In this document: positions 9,092-18,862 of the stretch, in pieces
Numbering within the stretch: the first letter of the stretch is position 1
Layout: every line of letters starts with the position of its first letter
Notes under the pieces: generated by a model
Databases searched by the model: none
What the model was told of the DNA's origin: nothing
What the model saw: the letters and a program-made list of their open reading frames with translations, nothing else
Position numbers and translations under genes: made by a program
NCBI GenBank assembly: GCA_903835075.1
Contig: CAILLM010000009.1
Location: forward strand, 25,274-89,273
Direction of reading: 5' to 3'
Source: Candidatus Staskawiczbacteria bacterium
GTDB lineage: Bacteria > Patescibacteriota > Minisyncoccia > Minisyncoccales > Staskawiczbacteraceae
DNA: 64,000 nucleotides

Positions 9092-11566
9092 ATGCCCATA
9101 ATTATCCCAGGTCTTATTTTAGTTTTTTTGCTCATTGTTTTGGCTTTTATTATAGTTTTAAATGCTGAAACAAATGAAAAAAATGCTGTTTTTGGCGGGC
9201 TGGAGATGGTTTTATTTTTGGTGATGATGCCAAAAAATGCTTCTAAAAAAGAAGAAGAAGCAAAAAAAGAAGAGAAAAAAATAATATCTCAAATGGAGCA
9301 GGTATTTGCTAATTTTCTTTATTTAAAAAAAACTAAAGCTTTCCAAACTCCACCTGCTTGCGCCTTTGAAATTGCTTCTCAAATTGGAGGCTCAGATATC
9401 TCTTTTTATGTAGCAGTTCCAAAATATTTAGAATCGGTTTTTGAAAAATATGTACAAGGTGTTTATCCAAATGCTGTAGTTGATAAAGTTCCACAAGATT
9501 ATACAATATTTGAACCGCAAGGAGCTACTGCTGCTGCTTATTTGCAACTATCACAAAGCTCCCTTTTTCCAATAAGCACTTATCAGAATTTAGAAACAGA
9601 TCCCTTAGCATTAGTAACAAATAATTTAAGTAAAATTGCAACCAACGAAGGTGGGGCAGTGCAGGTGATAATTAGGCCATTGTCTAAATTAAATTTAAGA
9701 AAAAAAGGTGAGAAAGCTTTAAAAAAAATGCGAGAAGGAAAGCCAGTTAGAATTGCGGTTGCGGAAGCTTCTCATGGTCATGTAATGGAAGGGCTCCAAG
9801 AAGCATGGAACACCTTGTCGGGAAAAAGTTTGAAGAAAAAAGAAGAAGAAGCAGGGTTGCGAGATCCCGCTCAGCAAAAATTTGACCAAAAAGATTACGA
9901 GGCTATTCAAAGTAAAATTCAAAAACAACCATTCGAAACAAACATAAGAATTGTTTCCTACGCCCAAACGCAAGATAGAGCAGAAGAAATTTTGGGGCAC
10001 TTAACATCTGCTTTTAGTCAATTTTCTTTATCAGCCATAAACAGTTTAGAGCCCAAAGAAGTTCGCGGTAAGGAATTGCAAAAATTAATTTATGATTATA
10101 GCTTTAGAAATTTTAATATTACGCAATCAAATGTTTTAAATTTAGAAGAATTGGCAAGCGTTTATCACTTTCCAACGCAATATATAGAAACTCCATATAT
10201 TAAAGCAGCTAAATCAGCTACTTTTGCTCCGCCAACAAATTTACCAGAAAAAGGAGAAATAATTATTGGAAAAGTTTCTTACAGAAATGAAGAAAAGAAA
10301 GTTTATTTTGCAGATAAAAAAGATAGAAGAAGACATTTATATGTTGTTGGGCAAACTGGTGTTGGTAAGTCTGTATTTATGGAAGGTATGATTTTGCAAG
10401 ATATTATAAATGGCGAGGGTGTGGCAGTTGTTGATCCACATGGTGATATTATAGAACACATTTTAGCTAACATTCCGAAAGAAAGAGTTGACGATGTTGT
10501 TATGTTTGAACCCTTTGACATTGAAAGGCCATGCGGTTTGAATATGTTAGAATATGACAGCCCCGAACAAAAAGATTTTGCAGTGCAAGAAATGATTGCC
10601 ATATTTATGAAGCTTTTTCCGCCAGAAATTATTGGTCCAATGTTTGAGCACTACATGAGAAACGCCATGTTGGCACTTATGGCTGACAAAGATAACCCAG
10701 GCACACTTGTTGAAATTCCAAAAATGTTTACAGACCCAAGCTTTTTACAACAAAGAATGGCAAAAGTTACAGATCCTGTTGTGCGAAGTTTTTGGGTAAA
10801 AGAATGGGCACAAACAACAGGCTCTACAAGATCTGATATGTTGGGTTATGTTGTTTCAAAGCTTGGCAGATTTATTGAAAACGAAATGATGCGAAATATT
10901 ATTGGGCAATCGCACTCTGGTTTTGATTTAGCTCAAATAATGGATACTAAAAAAATATTTTTAGCTAATTTGTCTAAAGGTTTAACTGGTGAAGTAAATA
11001 GTTCTTTGTTGGGTTTAATTTTAATTTCAAAAATTCAAATGGCAGCAATGAAACGCGCACGCGTGCCCGAAGAACAAAGAGTCGATTTTTATTTATATGT
11101 TGACGAGTTTCAAAATTTTACAACAGATTCAATTGCCACAATTTTGTCTGAAGCCCGAAAATATAAATTGAATTTAATTATGGCTCACCAATATATGCCA
11201 CAATTAAAAGAAGAAATTCGCGATGCAGTGTTAGGAAACGTTGGAACAATTGGGGCATTTAGAATTGGAGCAGAAGATGCAGAAAATTTGGAAAAGCAAT
11301 TTGAGCCAGGGTTCTCAAGGTTTGATTTGGTAAATTTAGATAACTTTTCAATGATAATAAAAATGATGATTGATAATAAAATCTCAACACCGTTTAAAAT
11401 GAATACCTTGCCAATGCCAAAAGGAAAGCCCGAACTTGCTGAAGCAATTAAAAAAATATCAAAGTTAAAATATTCGCGCGCTAAGGCAATTGTTGAAGAA
11501 GAAATTACTAGCCGTTCATTTGTTGATTTGCCACCAGCCCCACCACCAATAGCGCCGTTGAAATAA
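9092..11566 (+). CDS. membrane-anchored P-loop ATPase of the FtsK/HerA/TraD-VirD4 (coupling-protein-like) kind
   Basis: 824 aa. N-terminal TM helix, Walker A VVGQTGVGKS, Walker B FYLYVDEFQNF, about 400 aa of unassigned sequence before the ATPase core. Confidence 0.65.
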   Translation: MPIIIPGLILVFLLIVLAFIIVLNAETNEKNAVFGGLEMVLFLVMMPKNASKKEEEAKKEEKKIISQMEQVFANFLYLKKTKAFQTPPACAFEIASQIGGSDISFYVAVPKYLESVFEKYVQGVYPNAVVDKVPQDYTIFEPQGATAAAYLQLSQSSLFPISTYQNLETDPLALVTNNLSKIATNEGGAVQVIIRPLSKLNLRKKGEKALKKMREGKPVRIAVAEASHGHVMEGLQEAWNTLSGKSLKKKEEEAGLRDPAQQKFDQKDYEAIQSKIQKQPFETNIRIVSYAQTQDRAEEILGHLTSAFSQFSLSAINSLEPKEVRGKELQKLIYDYSFRNFNITQSNVLNLEELASVYHFPTQYIETPYIKAAKSATFAPPTNLPEKGEIIIGKVSYRNEEKKVYFADKKDRRRHLYVVGQTGVGKSVFMEGMILQDIINGEGVAVVDPHGDIIEHILANIPKERVDDVVMFEPFDIERPCGLNMLEYDSPEQKDFAVQEMIAIFMKLFPPEIIGPMFEHYMRNAMLALMADKDNPGTLVEIPKMFTDPSFLQQRMAKVTDPVVRSFWVKEWAQTTGSTRSDMLGYVVSKLGRFIENEMMRNIIGQSHSGFDLAQIMDTKKIFLANLSKGLTGEVNSSLLGLILISKIQMAAMKRARVPEEQRVDFYLYVDEFQNFTTDSIATILSEARKYKLNLIMAHQYMPQLKEEIRDAVLGNVGTIGAFRIGAEDAENLEKQFEPGFSRFDLVNLDNFSMIIKMMIDNKISTPFKMNTLPMPKGKPELAEAIKKISKLKYSRAKAIVEEEITSRSFVDLPPAPPPIAPLK

Positions 11567-11859
11567 AATAAGATATTGGTATAATTATAACTAATGAATA
11601 ATCGTAATCAAAAAATTTTTCTTGCCACTTTAATTATAGGGGCCATATTTATTGGCATTTTTTTTATGCCGATTCCGGTAGCTCACGCCATAGATGATAA
11701 CACTCCTCCACAGTTAATTTCTTTTACATCTACTACTCCAGATGGAATGTATTTTTACAATGGTTCTATTAATATAACAGCAAATTTTGATGAAGATTTG
11801 TGCGATCCTTCATCTATGACTATTGTTTTAGATAATGGAGAATCGGTTGTTCTTTCTAT

Positions 11860-11866
11860 GGGGGGG
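11860..11866 (+). repeat. homopolymeric G7 tract at the frameshift point
   Basis: tctatgggggggagac; the longest G run I noticed in this AT-rich window. Confidence 0.9.
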
Positions 11867-12476
11867 AGACCTAAATACCCTGTCTGGGACATACAGTCCT
11901 CAAAAGGCCTCAAGCGCGCACCTTACAGTATCTTCTATTTCTGAAGTTCTGGTTACAGACTGCGACACTATTCCAAATACGAAGACAAATTATTTAGTTC
12001 CCAGTACGCCAAATAATCTCGGTGATACCTCTAGCATAGTTATAGATATCTATCCAAAAGTTATTTCATTTACATCTACTACTCCAGACGGCACTTATGG
12101 AGCAGGAGCTTCGATAAATATTACAGCAAATTTTGATAAGGCCTTAGATCCAAACACAGTTCCTTTTATGAATGTTCATTTGAATGTCAATGGAGTGGTG
12201 GTAGCCCTTGATCATCTTTCTGGTAGCAGTCTTTCTGGGACATACATCGTTCAAGATGGAGACTATTCTGCTAGTAAGCTTGCAGCTTCTTATAGTGATT
12301 ATTTTTCTGGAATACAAGATCTTTTTGGCGGTGGTGACCCAAATTTTCTGGAAGATTTCGGTAGTATTGAAAATAATTTAAATTATGCGAACAATATATT
12401 AATAGATGGTGTAGCTCCAGTATCGATTTCTGGGGGTATAGATGGTAATAATATAACGCTTTATTATAATAAAGCG

Positions 12477-12848
12477 TTAGACGTAAGTTCTGTTCCATCA
12501 ACTGGAGATTTTACAGCTTATATAAATGGTTCTCCGGTATCAATAAGTGGTGTTAGTGTTACGGTAAATACCATTGTATTACATTTAGAAGCTGGGGTTG
12601 TTAGTGCGTCCGACGTGGTTTATGTAGATTATGTTCCTGGAGAGCATTTAGTAAAAGATACTTTGGGAAATCAATCGACGCAATCTTTTTCAGAATTCAA
12701 TATAGTAAATAATAGCGTTATTTTATCTAATGCTACCATATCAAATGAGGACATTTCTCTTTTGTATAGCAAGGCCTTAGACGTAAGTTCTGTTCCATCA
12801 ACTGGAGATTTTACAGCTTATATAAATGGTTCTCCGGTATCAATAAGT
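12477..12848 (+). repeat. intragenic 300-bp-period domain repeat with a 72-nt identical core
   Basis: 12477..12548 is identical to 12777..12848 (ttagacgtaagttctgttccatcaactggagatttt...caataagt). It encodes LDVSSVPSTGDFTAYINGSPVSIS twice. Confidence 0.9.
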
Positions 12849-14876
12849 AGTGTTAGCATCACAGGTAACACCGTGGTGTTGCATCTTGCAAACCATGTGT
12901 CTTCGTTAGATGTAATTACTCTTGATTACGCTCCAACATCTAATATTATAAAAGATCAATCTGGAGTAGTGGTATCATCATTATCCGGACAAGACGTGAC
13001 AAATCATATAGGTGCAGCTATTTCGACGATTTCTTCTTCATTGGTATCACAAACTTCTAATTTTTTTACTAACGTGGGTTCATCGTCTTCTTTTTCTAAT
13101 TCGGCAGGAATGGTTTCTAATGGAAATTACATATATGTGACGCTAGGCAGTATTATGAAAATTTATGATATTTCTGGTCGTAATCCTTATTTAGTGAACT
13201 CTATTACAGTTGGTGAAGATGCAGAGAGAGCAGTGATAGCTGGGAACTACTTATATATGGCAGAGGGAACTAGTGATCAATTCCAAATATTTGATATTAC
13301 AATCCCCGTATCTCCAGTGTTATTAAGCACTACAAGCGTTGGTGGCCATGCTGAGGGAATGGATATCGATAGGAATTTTTTAATTATAACTAATTATGGA
13401 CTTAATCGCGTGCAAGTGTATGACGTAGTAAATCCTATGTCACCTTCTTTTGTTGGACAAGTGAGTACGTTTTCTTTGCCGGCTGGTGGCGTATTTTCCA
13501 ATAATCACTATTGGATAAATAGCGACGTAACAGGAGAGTCATCTATTGAATCAATTGCTATCTCTGATAACGGCACCCCCACACTTGATGGGCAAATAAC
13601 AATATCTGGAGCCGGTGGATTCTCAAATGAAATATCTGGAGATTATTTGTATACGCTTGATGATAACAGTTTCAATGGCGGAGACTATTTAAAGGTTTGG
13701 AATATTTCAAACCCTAGTAGTCCTAGTTTTGTTGGATCAGTTGATACTGGCGCCGGGAATGTAAATAATAGAGGGGTGATTGTTTTAGGAGATTATGCTT
13801 TTGTCGCGAATGGGGCTCATTTGCTTCAAGCTTATGATATTTCAACTCATGGTAACCCAGTTTTGATAAAGAGATTGTCACTTATTGATAATTCATTGAA
13901 CGGTGGCGCGCAAATTCTAAGTTCTGGAAATGAAATGTATGTTTTAAATAGAGGGCTTCTATATCATTTTACCACTAATTCTACGCCTGCTTTTTCGGCA
14001 ACCATAACATGGGCTACCGACCGCGCAACAGATTCAAGGATAAATTTTGGACCAACTGCTTATTATGGCGACACAATTTATTTTCCTAGCTTAGTCACGA
14101 ATCACTCAGTTGTTTTACCTGATTTATTAGCCGATACTACTTATCATTATCAAGTAGTCTCCACATATCAATTTGGTGACATTAGTACGTCGGATGATTA
14201 TACTATGAAAATTAATATTTTATCAAATAATGCCGCTGTTACTTCTTCGGTCTACACGGTTAGCTCTTTAACCAATAACGCTGGAACAATTACTAACGTT
14301 CCATATGGAACTTCTAAAGCTACATTTGAGACAGCAATATCCAAAGGAGAAGTCAATCAAACATGGAACGACTCAGGCGTAGCCAACACAGTGGTAACTG
14401 GAAATACTTTAGTAGTTACCGCACAAGACGGTTCAACGACAGCAATATACACAATCACGGTTAATGCTGCTCCTGGAGGAGGAAGTGGTGGAGGTGGTAG
14501 AATTTTCGTGCCACCAGTAATTGATAGAATTTTAACCATTCCCGCTTTAGAAAATGAAATAAAAAAGCTCCAGAATTTGATTCAACAGCTGTTGAATCAA
14601 AAAGAAAATCCATCGGGAGCCATTTTAACTAAAGATTTAAAGCTCGGTGATGTAGATGAACAAGCTAAAATATTACAACAATTTTTAAATACTCACGGAT
14701 TTGTGCTAGCCAAAACTGGCGTTGGTTCTCTTGGTTTCGAAACAACAAAATTTGGCTATGCAACTCAAGCATCATTAAAAAAGTTTCAACGCTTAAATGG
14801 AATAATTTCTAGCGGAAAATTAGGGCCAGTTACAAGAGATTTAATTAATAAAATTATAAAATCAGGTACCTAGAAA

Positions 14877-14906
14877 TAAAAAAGCGGGGGAATTGGCCCC
14901 GCTTTT
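14877..14906. terminator. bidirectional terminator between convergent genes
   Basis: AGCGGGG-gaattgg-CCCCGCT stem flanked by an A-run and a T-run. Confidence 0.8.
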
Positions 14907-14926
14907 TAGTTGTATAAGTTTTGTAA

Positions 14927-15487
14927 TTATGCGCGTTTTACGTAGGTTCCGGTTTCGGTGTTAACCTCAATAACGTCTCCTTCTTCTATAAATAATGGAA
15001 CCTGTATAACTGCTCCCGATTCCAAAATTGCTTCTTTTGTTCCGCCTTGAGCGCGGTCACCCTTAACTCCTGGGGCTGATTCTTTGATTATTAATTGAAC
15101 TTTTATTGGCAACTTAAAGGTAATAATTTTACCTTCAAATAAAATTCCCATTACAGGTTCATTTGGTTTTAAATATTTTGCTTGTGGGCCAATGTGGTCT
15201 TCTTCAAAAGAAAATCTATTTGATGGATCTTTAATGTCGCAGAAAAAATATTGTCCTTTTGTTTGGTATAAAAATTTAATATCTTTTTTTTCTAAATCAG
15301 CTTCATTAAAAACATCACCTTGTTGGAAGCTCTGTTCTTGAACTCTGCCATCAACCAAATTTCTAATTTTAGTTCTAATAACTGGTCGTCTTTGAGCCAT
15401 TTTCATTGAGTTGGCATCTAAGACTTCCCAAGGTTGACCCTCATAAATAAATTGAACTCCTGGTTTTAAATCTGTGTGTGTAAGCAT
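14927..15487 (-). CDS. efp: elongation factor P
   Basis: 186 aa; aligns by eye to bacterial EF-P along its full length (DLKPG..., KIRNLVDGRVQEQSF...). Confidence 0.9.
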   Translation of the reverse strand: MLTHTDLKPGVQFIYEGQPWEVLDANSMKMAQRRPVIRTKIRNLVDGRVQEQSFQQGDVFNEADLEKKDIKFLYQTKGQYFFCDIKDPSNRFSFEEDHIGPQAKYLKPNEPVMGILFEGKIITFKLPIKVQLIIKESAPGVKGDRAQGGTKEAILESGAVIQVPLFIEEGDVIEVNTETGTYVKRA

Positions 15488-15497
15488 TTGTTTATTT

Positions 15498-15575
15498 CGC
15501 TCGGCAATAAACTTTTTCTGCGAGGAGAGCCTCTCTGCGGGGCACCCTCTTCTCGAAAAAGTTCATTGTCTCGCT
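15498..15575. repeat. long-hairpin repeat element, copy B
   Basis: Same 20-nt ends as copy A (CGCTCGGCAATAAACTTTTT ... AAAAAGTTCATTGTCTCGCT). The interior differs but pairs (CGAGGAGAG/CTCTTCTCG). Lies directly upstream of efp. Confidence 0.6.
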
Positions 15576-15582
15576 CATTGTT

Positions 15583-16269
15583 TTATTCGACGATACGCCA
15601 ATCGACGTCTTCTTTTTTCCCAACATATTCTAACCATTCACCATCTTTTATTACAAACCATTTCTTTTTTGCTTCCGACCAAATCATCGGATTATTTTTG
15701 TAAAATGGTTTTTTAACAATTTCTTTTGGTTTCAACTGGTCTAGTTCAAGCCATTTTTTAAAAACTGTTTCAATGGCATAATCAAGTTTTCTTGTTTTTG
15801 CCCATTGCGAAACAGTGGTTATGGCCTCTTTGGCCTTTTCAGTTGAACCAGCTAACTCCAACAATTGCTTTGCTGGCTTGGTGAATCTAGAATAGATTAT
15901 CTTCTTTTTTTTAGCATTATTTTTCAATTCTTGCAACCCTACACCCTTGGTTTGAAAGTAGTGGGCAATAACATTTTGTATTGCAGTTTCTTCTTGTAAT
16001 TCCTCAAAATCTCTTATCACGCCGTAGCCTTTGGCGGAGGAGGACACAATATACTCTTCAATCTTTTTTGCATTTTTGTCACCAATGCCCAATTCGGTTA
16101 TTCCTTTTAATCCTTTCTCGGTATAAATTACACTAACATCAACTTGCAGACCGTCTAAAATACCAATAGCTTTTCTATAGGCTTTTATTTTGAAATTTAA
16201 AGCTTTGTCACCACGTAGTTCCAAAAGCTTTATCATCTCCCCAAAAATTTCTGATATTTCCTTGTTCAT
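15583..16269 (-). CDS. helix-hairpin-helix protein resembling the N-terminal region of family X polymerases
   Basis: 228 aa. The N-terminus (NKEISEIFGEMIKLLELRGDKALNFKIKAYRKAI...ITELGIGDKNAKKIEEY) looks like the Pol X 8-kDa/HhH region. No polymerase core is present. Confidence 0.45.
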   Translation of the reverse strand: MNKEISEIFGEMIKLLELRGDKALNFKIKAYRKAIGILDGLQVDVSVIYTEKGLKGITELGIGDKNAKKIEEYIVSSSAKGYGVIRDFEELQEETAIQNVIAHYFQTKGVGLQELKNNAKKKKIIYSRFTKPAKQLLELAGSTEKAKEAITTVSQWAKTRKLDYAIETVFKKWLELDQLKPKEIVKKPFYKNNPMIWSEAKKKWFVIKDGEWLEYVGKKEDVDWRIVE

Positions 16270-16315
16270 ATCTTATGGCTTTAATTTTAGGCTCTTTTAT
16301 GATAATATTCAAGCA

Positions 16316-16918
16316 ATGGAAAAAAGATATAGAATTTTTATTGCTATAAATTTGTCCAATGACATTAAACGAGTGTTAGAAAAACACCAGAAAGAAATTC
16401 GGGGCAGGTTTACTTTAAGCCAAGGCGAAGACGTCAGCGAATGGGCTAAGTGGGAACCCAAAGAAAATTTGCATATTACTTTGGAATTTTTGGGTGCGCT
16501 TACTGATGCTGAAATTGGTGAAATTTGTGTAGTTGTAAAAGAAGTTGCCGAAAGACATAGTGGATTTTCTTTAAATTTAAACAAAATTTTATATGGACCG
16601 CCTAAAAAGATGCCACCAAAATTTGTTTGGGTGGAAGGTGAAAAATCTGAAGAGCTAACGGCGCTTCGCCAGGACTTAGAAAACTCCTTAGCCGAAAAAG
16701 TTGCTTTTGTCCCTGAAAATAGAGCGTTTTCGCCACACATTACATTGGCTAGAATAGGTGCTTGGGGGTTTAAGGCTATTGAGCCCGAAGAGCGCCCAGA
16801 AATAAATGAAAATATTGATCTGGCTTTTACCGTTGAATCAATTGAAGTTATGGAATCTGAAATGAGAAAAGGCGGGCCAATTTATACAGTTTTAGAATCA
16901 CATAACCTGCAAAACTAA
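16316..16918 (+). CDS. thpR: RNA 2',3'-cyclic phosphodiesterase / 2'-5' RNA ligase family protein
   Basis: Two HxT/S motifs (HITLEFLG and HITLARIG). Start moved to ATG 16316 (MEKRYRIFIAINL). Confidence 0.8.
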   Translation: MEKRYRIFIAINLSNDIKRVLEKHQKEIRGRFTLSQGEDVSEWAKWEPKENLHITLEFLGALTDAEIGEICVVVKEVAERHSGFSLNLNKILYGPPKKMPPKFVWVEGEKSEELTALRQDLENSLAEKVAFVPENRAFSPHITLARIGAWGFKAIEPEERPEINENIDLAFTVESIEVMESEMRKGGPIYTVLESHNLQN

Positions 16919-16920
16919 GT

Positions 16921-18252
16921 ATGAAAATACATTTAATTGGAATTGGTGGGATAGGGGTGAGCGCATTGGCGCAATACTATTTATCAAAGGGGCACCAGGT
17001 TAGTGGCTCAGATTTAGTTGCTTCAGAAATTACAGATTTTTTAAAGAAAAAGGGCGTTAAAATATTTATTGGAAACCATGCTCAAAATATAAAAAGAGAT
17101 GTAAGCATGGTTATTTACAGCCCTGCGGTAAAGAAAAGTAATCATGAATATAGAAAAGCCAAAGAACTAAAAATAAAAACTTTAAGTTATCCCGAGGCAC
17201 TTGGCGAATTAACAAAAGAATATTATACAATTGCAGTGGCGGGAGCTCATGGAAAAAGCACGACAACGGCGATGATTGCACTAATTTTGACCAAGGCCAA
17301 ACTAGATCCAACAGTTGTTGTTGGCACGAAATTAAAAGAATTCGGAAACAGCAATTTTAGGGCTGGGAATAGTAAATTTCTAGTTATTGAGGCGTGCGAA
17401 TACGATTCTTCTTTTTTGAAATATAATCCAAACATAACCGTAGTTACAAATGTAGATAAAGAACATTTAGACTTTTTTAAAACTTTTGCAAATGTTAAAA
17501 AAGCATTTAAAGATTTTATTTTAAGAACTGCCGAAGATGGCTATTTAGTTTTTAATAAAGATAACCAAAGAATTTCTAATTTTCAAATTCCAATTTCTAA
17601 TAAATTTTCAATTAAACAATTTTCAATTAAACAACCAGAATCTCAGAAATTAAGCAAAATTTTAAAAGTTCCGGGAAAACACAACATTTATAATGCTTTG
17701 GGCGCCTTAAACGTTGCCAGAATTTTAGGTGTCCCAGATTCAATTTCTTTTAAGGCGTTAGAAGACTTTAAGGGGACATGGAGAAGGTTTGAATTAAAAC
17801 AGGGGAAGGTTGGCAGTAAAGCAATAACCGTAATATCGGATTATGCTCATCATCCGAATGAAATTTCAGCAACATTGTTGGCAACACGAGAAAAATTTCC
17901 AACGAAAAGCATTTGGTGTGTTTTTCAGCCACACCAACACCAGCGCACACATTATTTGTTTGGCGACTTTGTTAAAATGTTTCGCCAAATGCCAATAGAT
18001 AAAATTATTATTACAGACATTTATGATGTTGCCGGCAGGGAAATCCCGACTTCCTCGAGGACTCGCGATGGAATCGGAGCAAAAATAAATGAAACCAGTT
18101 CGCAAAAATTAGTTGAAAAAATAAATAAAGAAAATACTATTTATTTGCCAATTAATAATTTAGAAAAATACATCAAAGCAGACATCAAAAGTGGGGAAGT
18201 GCTAATTATTATGGGTGCAGGAGAAATTTATAAATTGTTTGATAAATTTTAA
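16921..18252 (+). CDS. murC: UDP-N-acetylmuramate--L-alanine ligase
   Basis: 443 aa. IGIGGIGVSALA N-terminus and AGAHGKSTTTAM P-loop, typical of MurC. Confidence 0.9.
   Translation: MKIHLIGIGGIGVSALAQYYLSKGHQVSGSDLVASEITDFLKKKGVKIFIGNHAQNIKRDVSMVIYSPAVKKSNHEYRKAKELKIKTLSYPEALGELTKEYYTIAVAGAHGKSTTTAMIALILTKAKLDPTVVVGTKLKEFGNSNFRAGNSKFLVIEACEYDSSFLKYNPNITVVTNVDKEHLDFFKTFANVKKAFKDFILRTAEDGYLVFNKDNQRISNFQIPISNKFSIKQFSIKQPESQKLSKILKVPGKHNIYNALGALNVARILGVPDSISFKALEDFKGTWRRFELKQGKVGSKAITVISDYAHHPNEISATLLATREKFPTKSIWCVFQPHQHQRTHYLFGDFVKMFRQMPIDKIIITDIYDVAGREIPTSSRTRDGIGAKINETSSQKLVEKINKENTIYLPINNLEKYIKADIKSGEVLIIMGAGEIYKLFDKF
17605..17634 (+). repeat. in-frame 15-bp tandem duplication inside murC
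   Basis: TTTTCAATTAAACAA x2, encoding FSIKQFSIKQ. Confidence 0.9.
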
Positions 18253-18259
18253 ATAAGAG

Positions 18260-18287
18260 TTGACTCTACAGTACGATGTGCTAATAT
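18260..18287 (+). promoter_or_regulatory. sigma70-like promoter for the T-box leader
   Basis: TTGACT-N16-TAATAT. Confidence 0.45.
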
Positions 18288-18319
18288 TAGTTATCTTTAA
18301 AAATTACAAAACCATTGAT

Positions 18320-18572
18320 TCAGGTCCTTCGATTCCCAAGATCGGAGGGTGGGCCTGATGAGGTGATTTCTGCATTAGTGGAAATCCGGCTTCCTCCGTA
18401 ATCATAGGATATTCGTTAACCCTGATTAGTTTCAGGGAAGTCGAAAAAGCGTCTCAACATTGTGTTGGGAAATCGGGGTGGTACCGCGAGTCCTTCGATC
18501 CTACTCAGGATTGAAAACTTCTCGTCCCTGTTGCGTAACTTGTTTACGCCATAGAGATGAGAAGTTTTTTTA
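18320..18572 (+). promoter_or_regulatory. T-box riboswitch leader with terminator
   Basis: T-box sequence AATCGGGGTGGTACCGCG at 18471..18488, preceded by a stem III-like hairpin (TCTCAACA/TGTTGGGA). Terminator stem AACTTCTCGTC/GATGAGAAGTT + T7 at about 18514..18571. Upstream hairpins are present, but I could not assign the specifier codon. Confidence 0.75.
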
Positions 18573-18625
18573 TTTACGAAAATTTCTTATGTAGATCATT
18601 CACAATACAATAAAGTCATGAAATT

Positions 18626-18862
18626 ATGAGAATGACACAAAGCGAAACATTGCCGGCATATAATCCGGGGAAGAATTGTGCTAAATGCGGGAAAACGCAT
18701 ACTACATGGAGGCTAGTTGCTTCTACGCAAGATGGTAATTTGGTGGTCAGGCATAGTTTTTGTCCAACTATCACTCCAAAAGGAGAAATGCTTAACCTTT
18801 GCATGGAATGTAAGATGGTAGACAAAGGGACTCTTCGCGGAGAACCTGTGCGGCGACAGTAG
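18626..18862 (+). CDS. small zinc-ribbon-like protein
   Basis: 78 aa with CAKC ... CMEC; noticeably GC-richer than flanking DNA. Confidence 0.4.
   Translation: MRMTQSETLPAYNPGKNCAKCGKTHTTWRLVASTQDGNLVVRHSFCPTITPKGEMLNLCMECKMVDKGTLRGEPVRRQ

Larger units (their letters stand above)
11594..14873 (+). pseudogene. giant secreted surface protein, interrupted by a frameshift at a G7 tract (Ig-like repeats, LVIVD-type propeller repeats, Fn3-like, cadherin-like, C-terminal PG-binding domain)
   Basis: ORF 11594..11944 carries the signal peptide and the first ISFTSTTPDG..INITANFD module. ORF 11835..14873 continues the same module series in the +1 frame. Removing one G from the run at 11860..11866 reads SMGGDLNTLSGTY continuously. 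The C-terminus (LKLGDVDEQAKILQQFLN...) resembles PG_binding_1. Confidence 0.7.

Noticed and set aside
12477-12848. Identical 72-nt segments spaced 300 bp apart (CRISPR-like at first glance)
   Set aside because: There are only two copies. The period is an exact multiple of 3 inside one reading frame, and they encode repeated protein modules. No leader or cas genes are present.
15474-15716. Two plus-strand ORFs (80 aa and 75 aa)
   Set aside because: They span the efp start, the hairpin repeat and the 3' end of a minus-strand gene. Their translations are low-complexity, and there is no supporting signal.
18301-18312. UAC at 18304-18306 (AAAUUACAAAA) as the Tyr specifier of the T-box
   Set aside because: It lies at the very 5' end of the predicted transcript, upstream of all stem I candidates. 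It is not in the 3' side of an internal loop.
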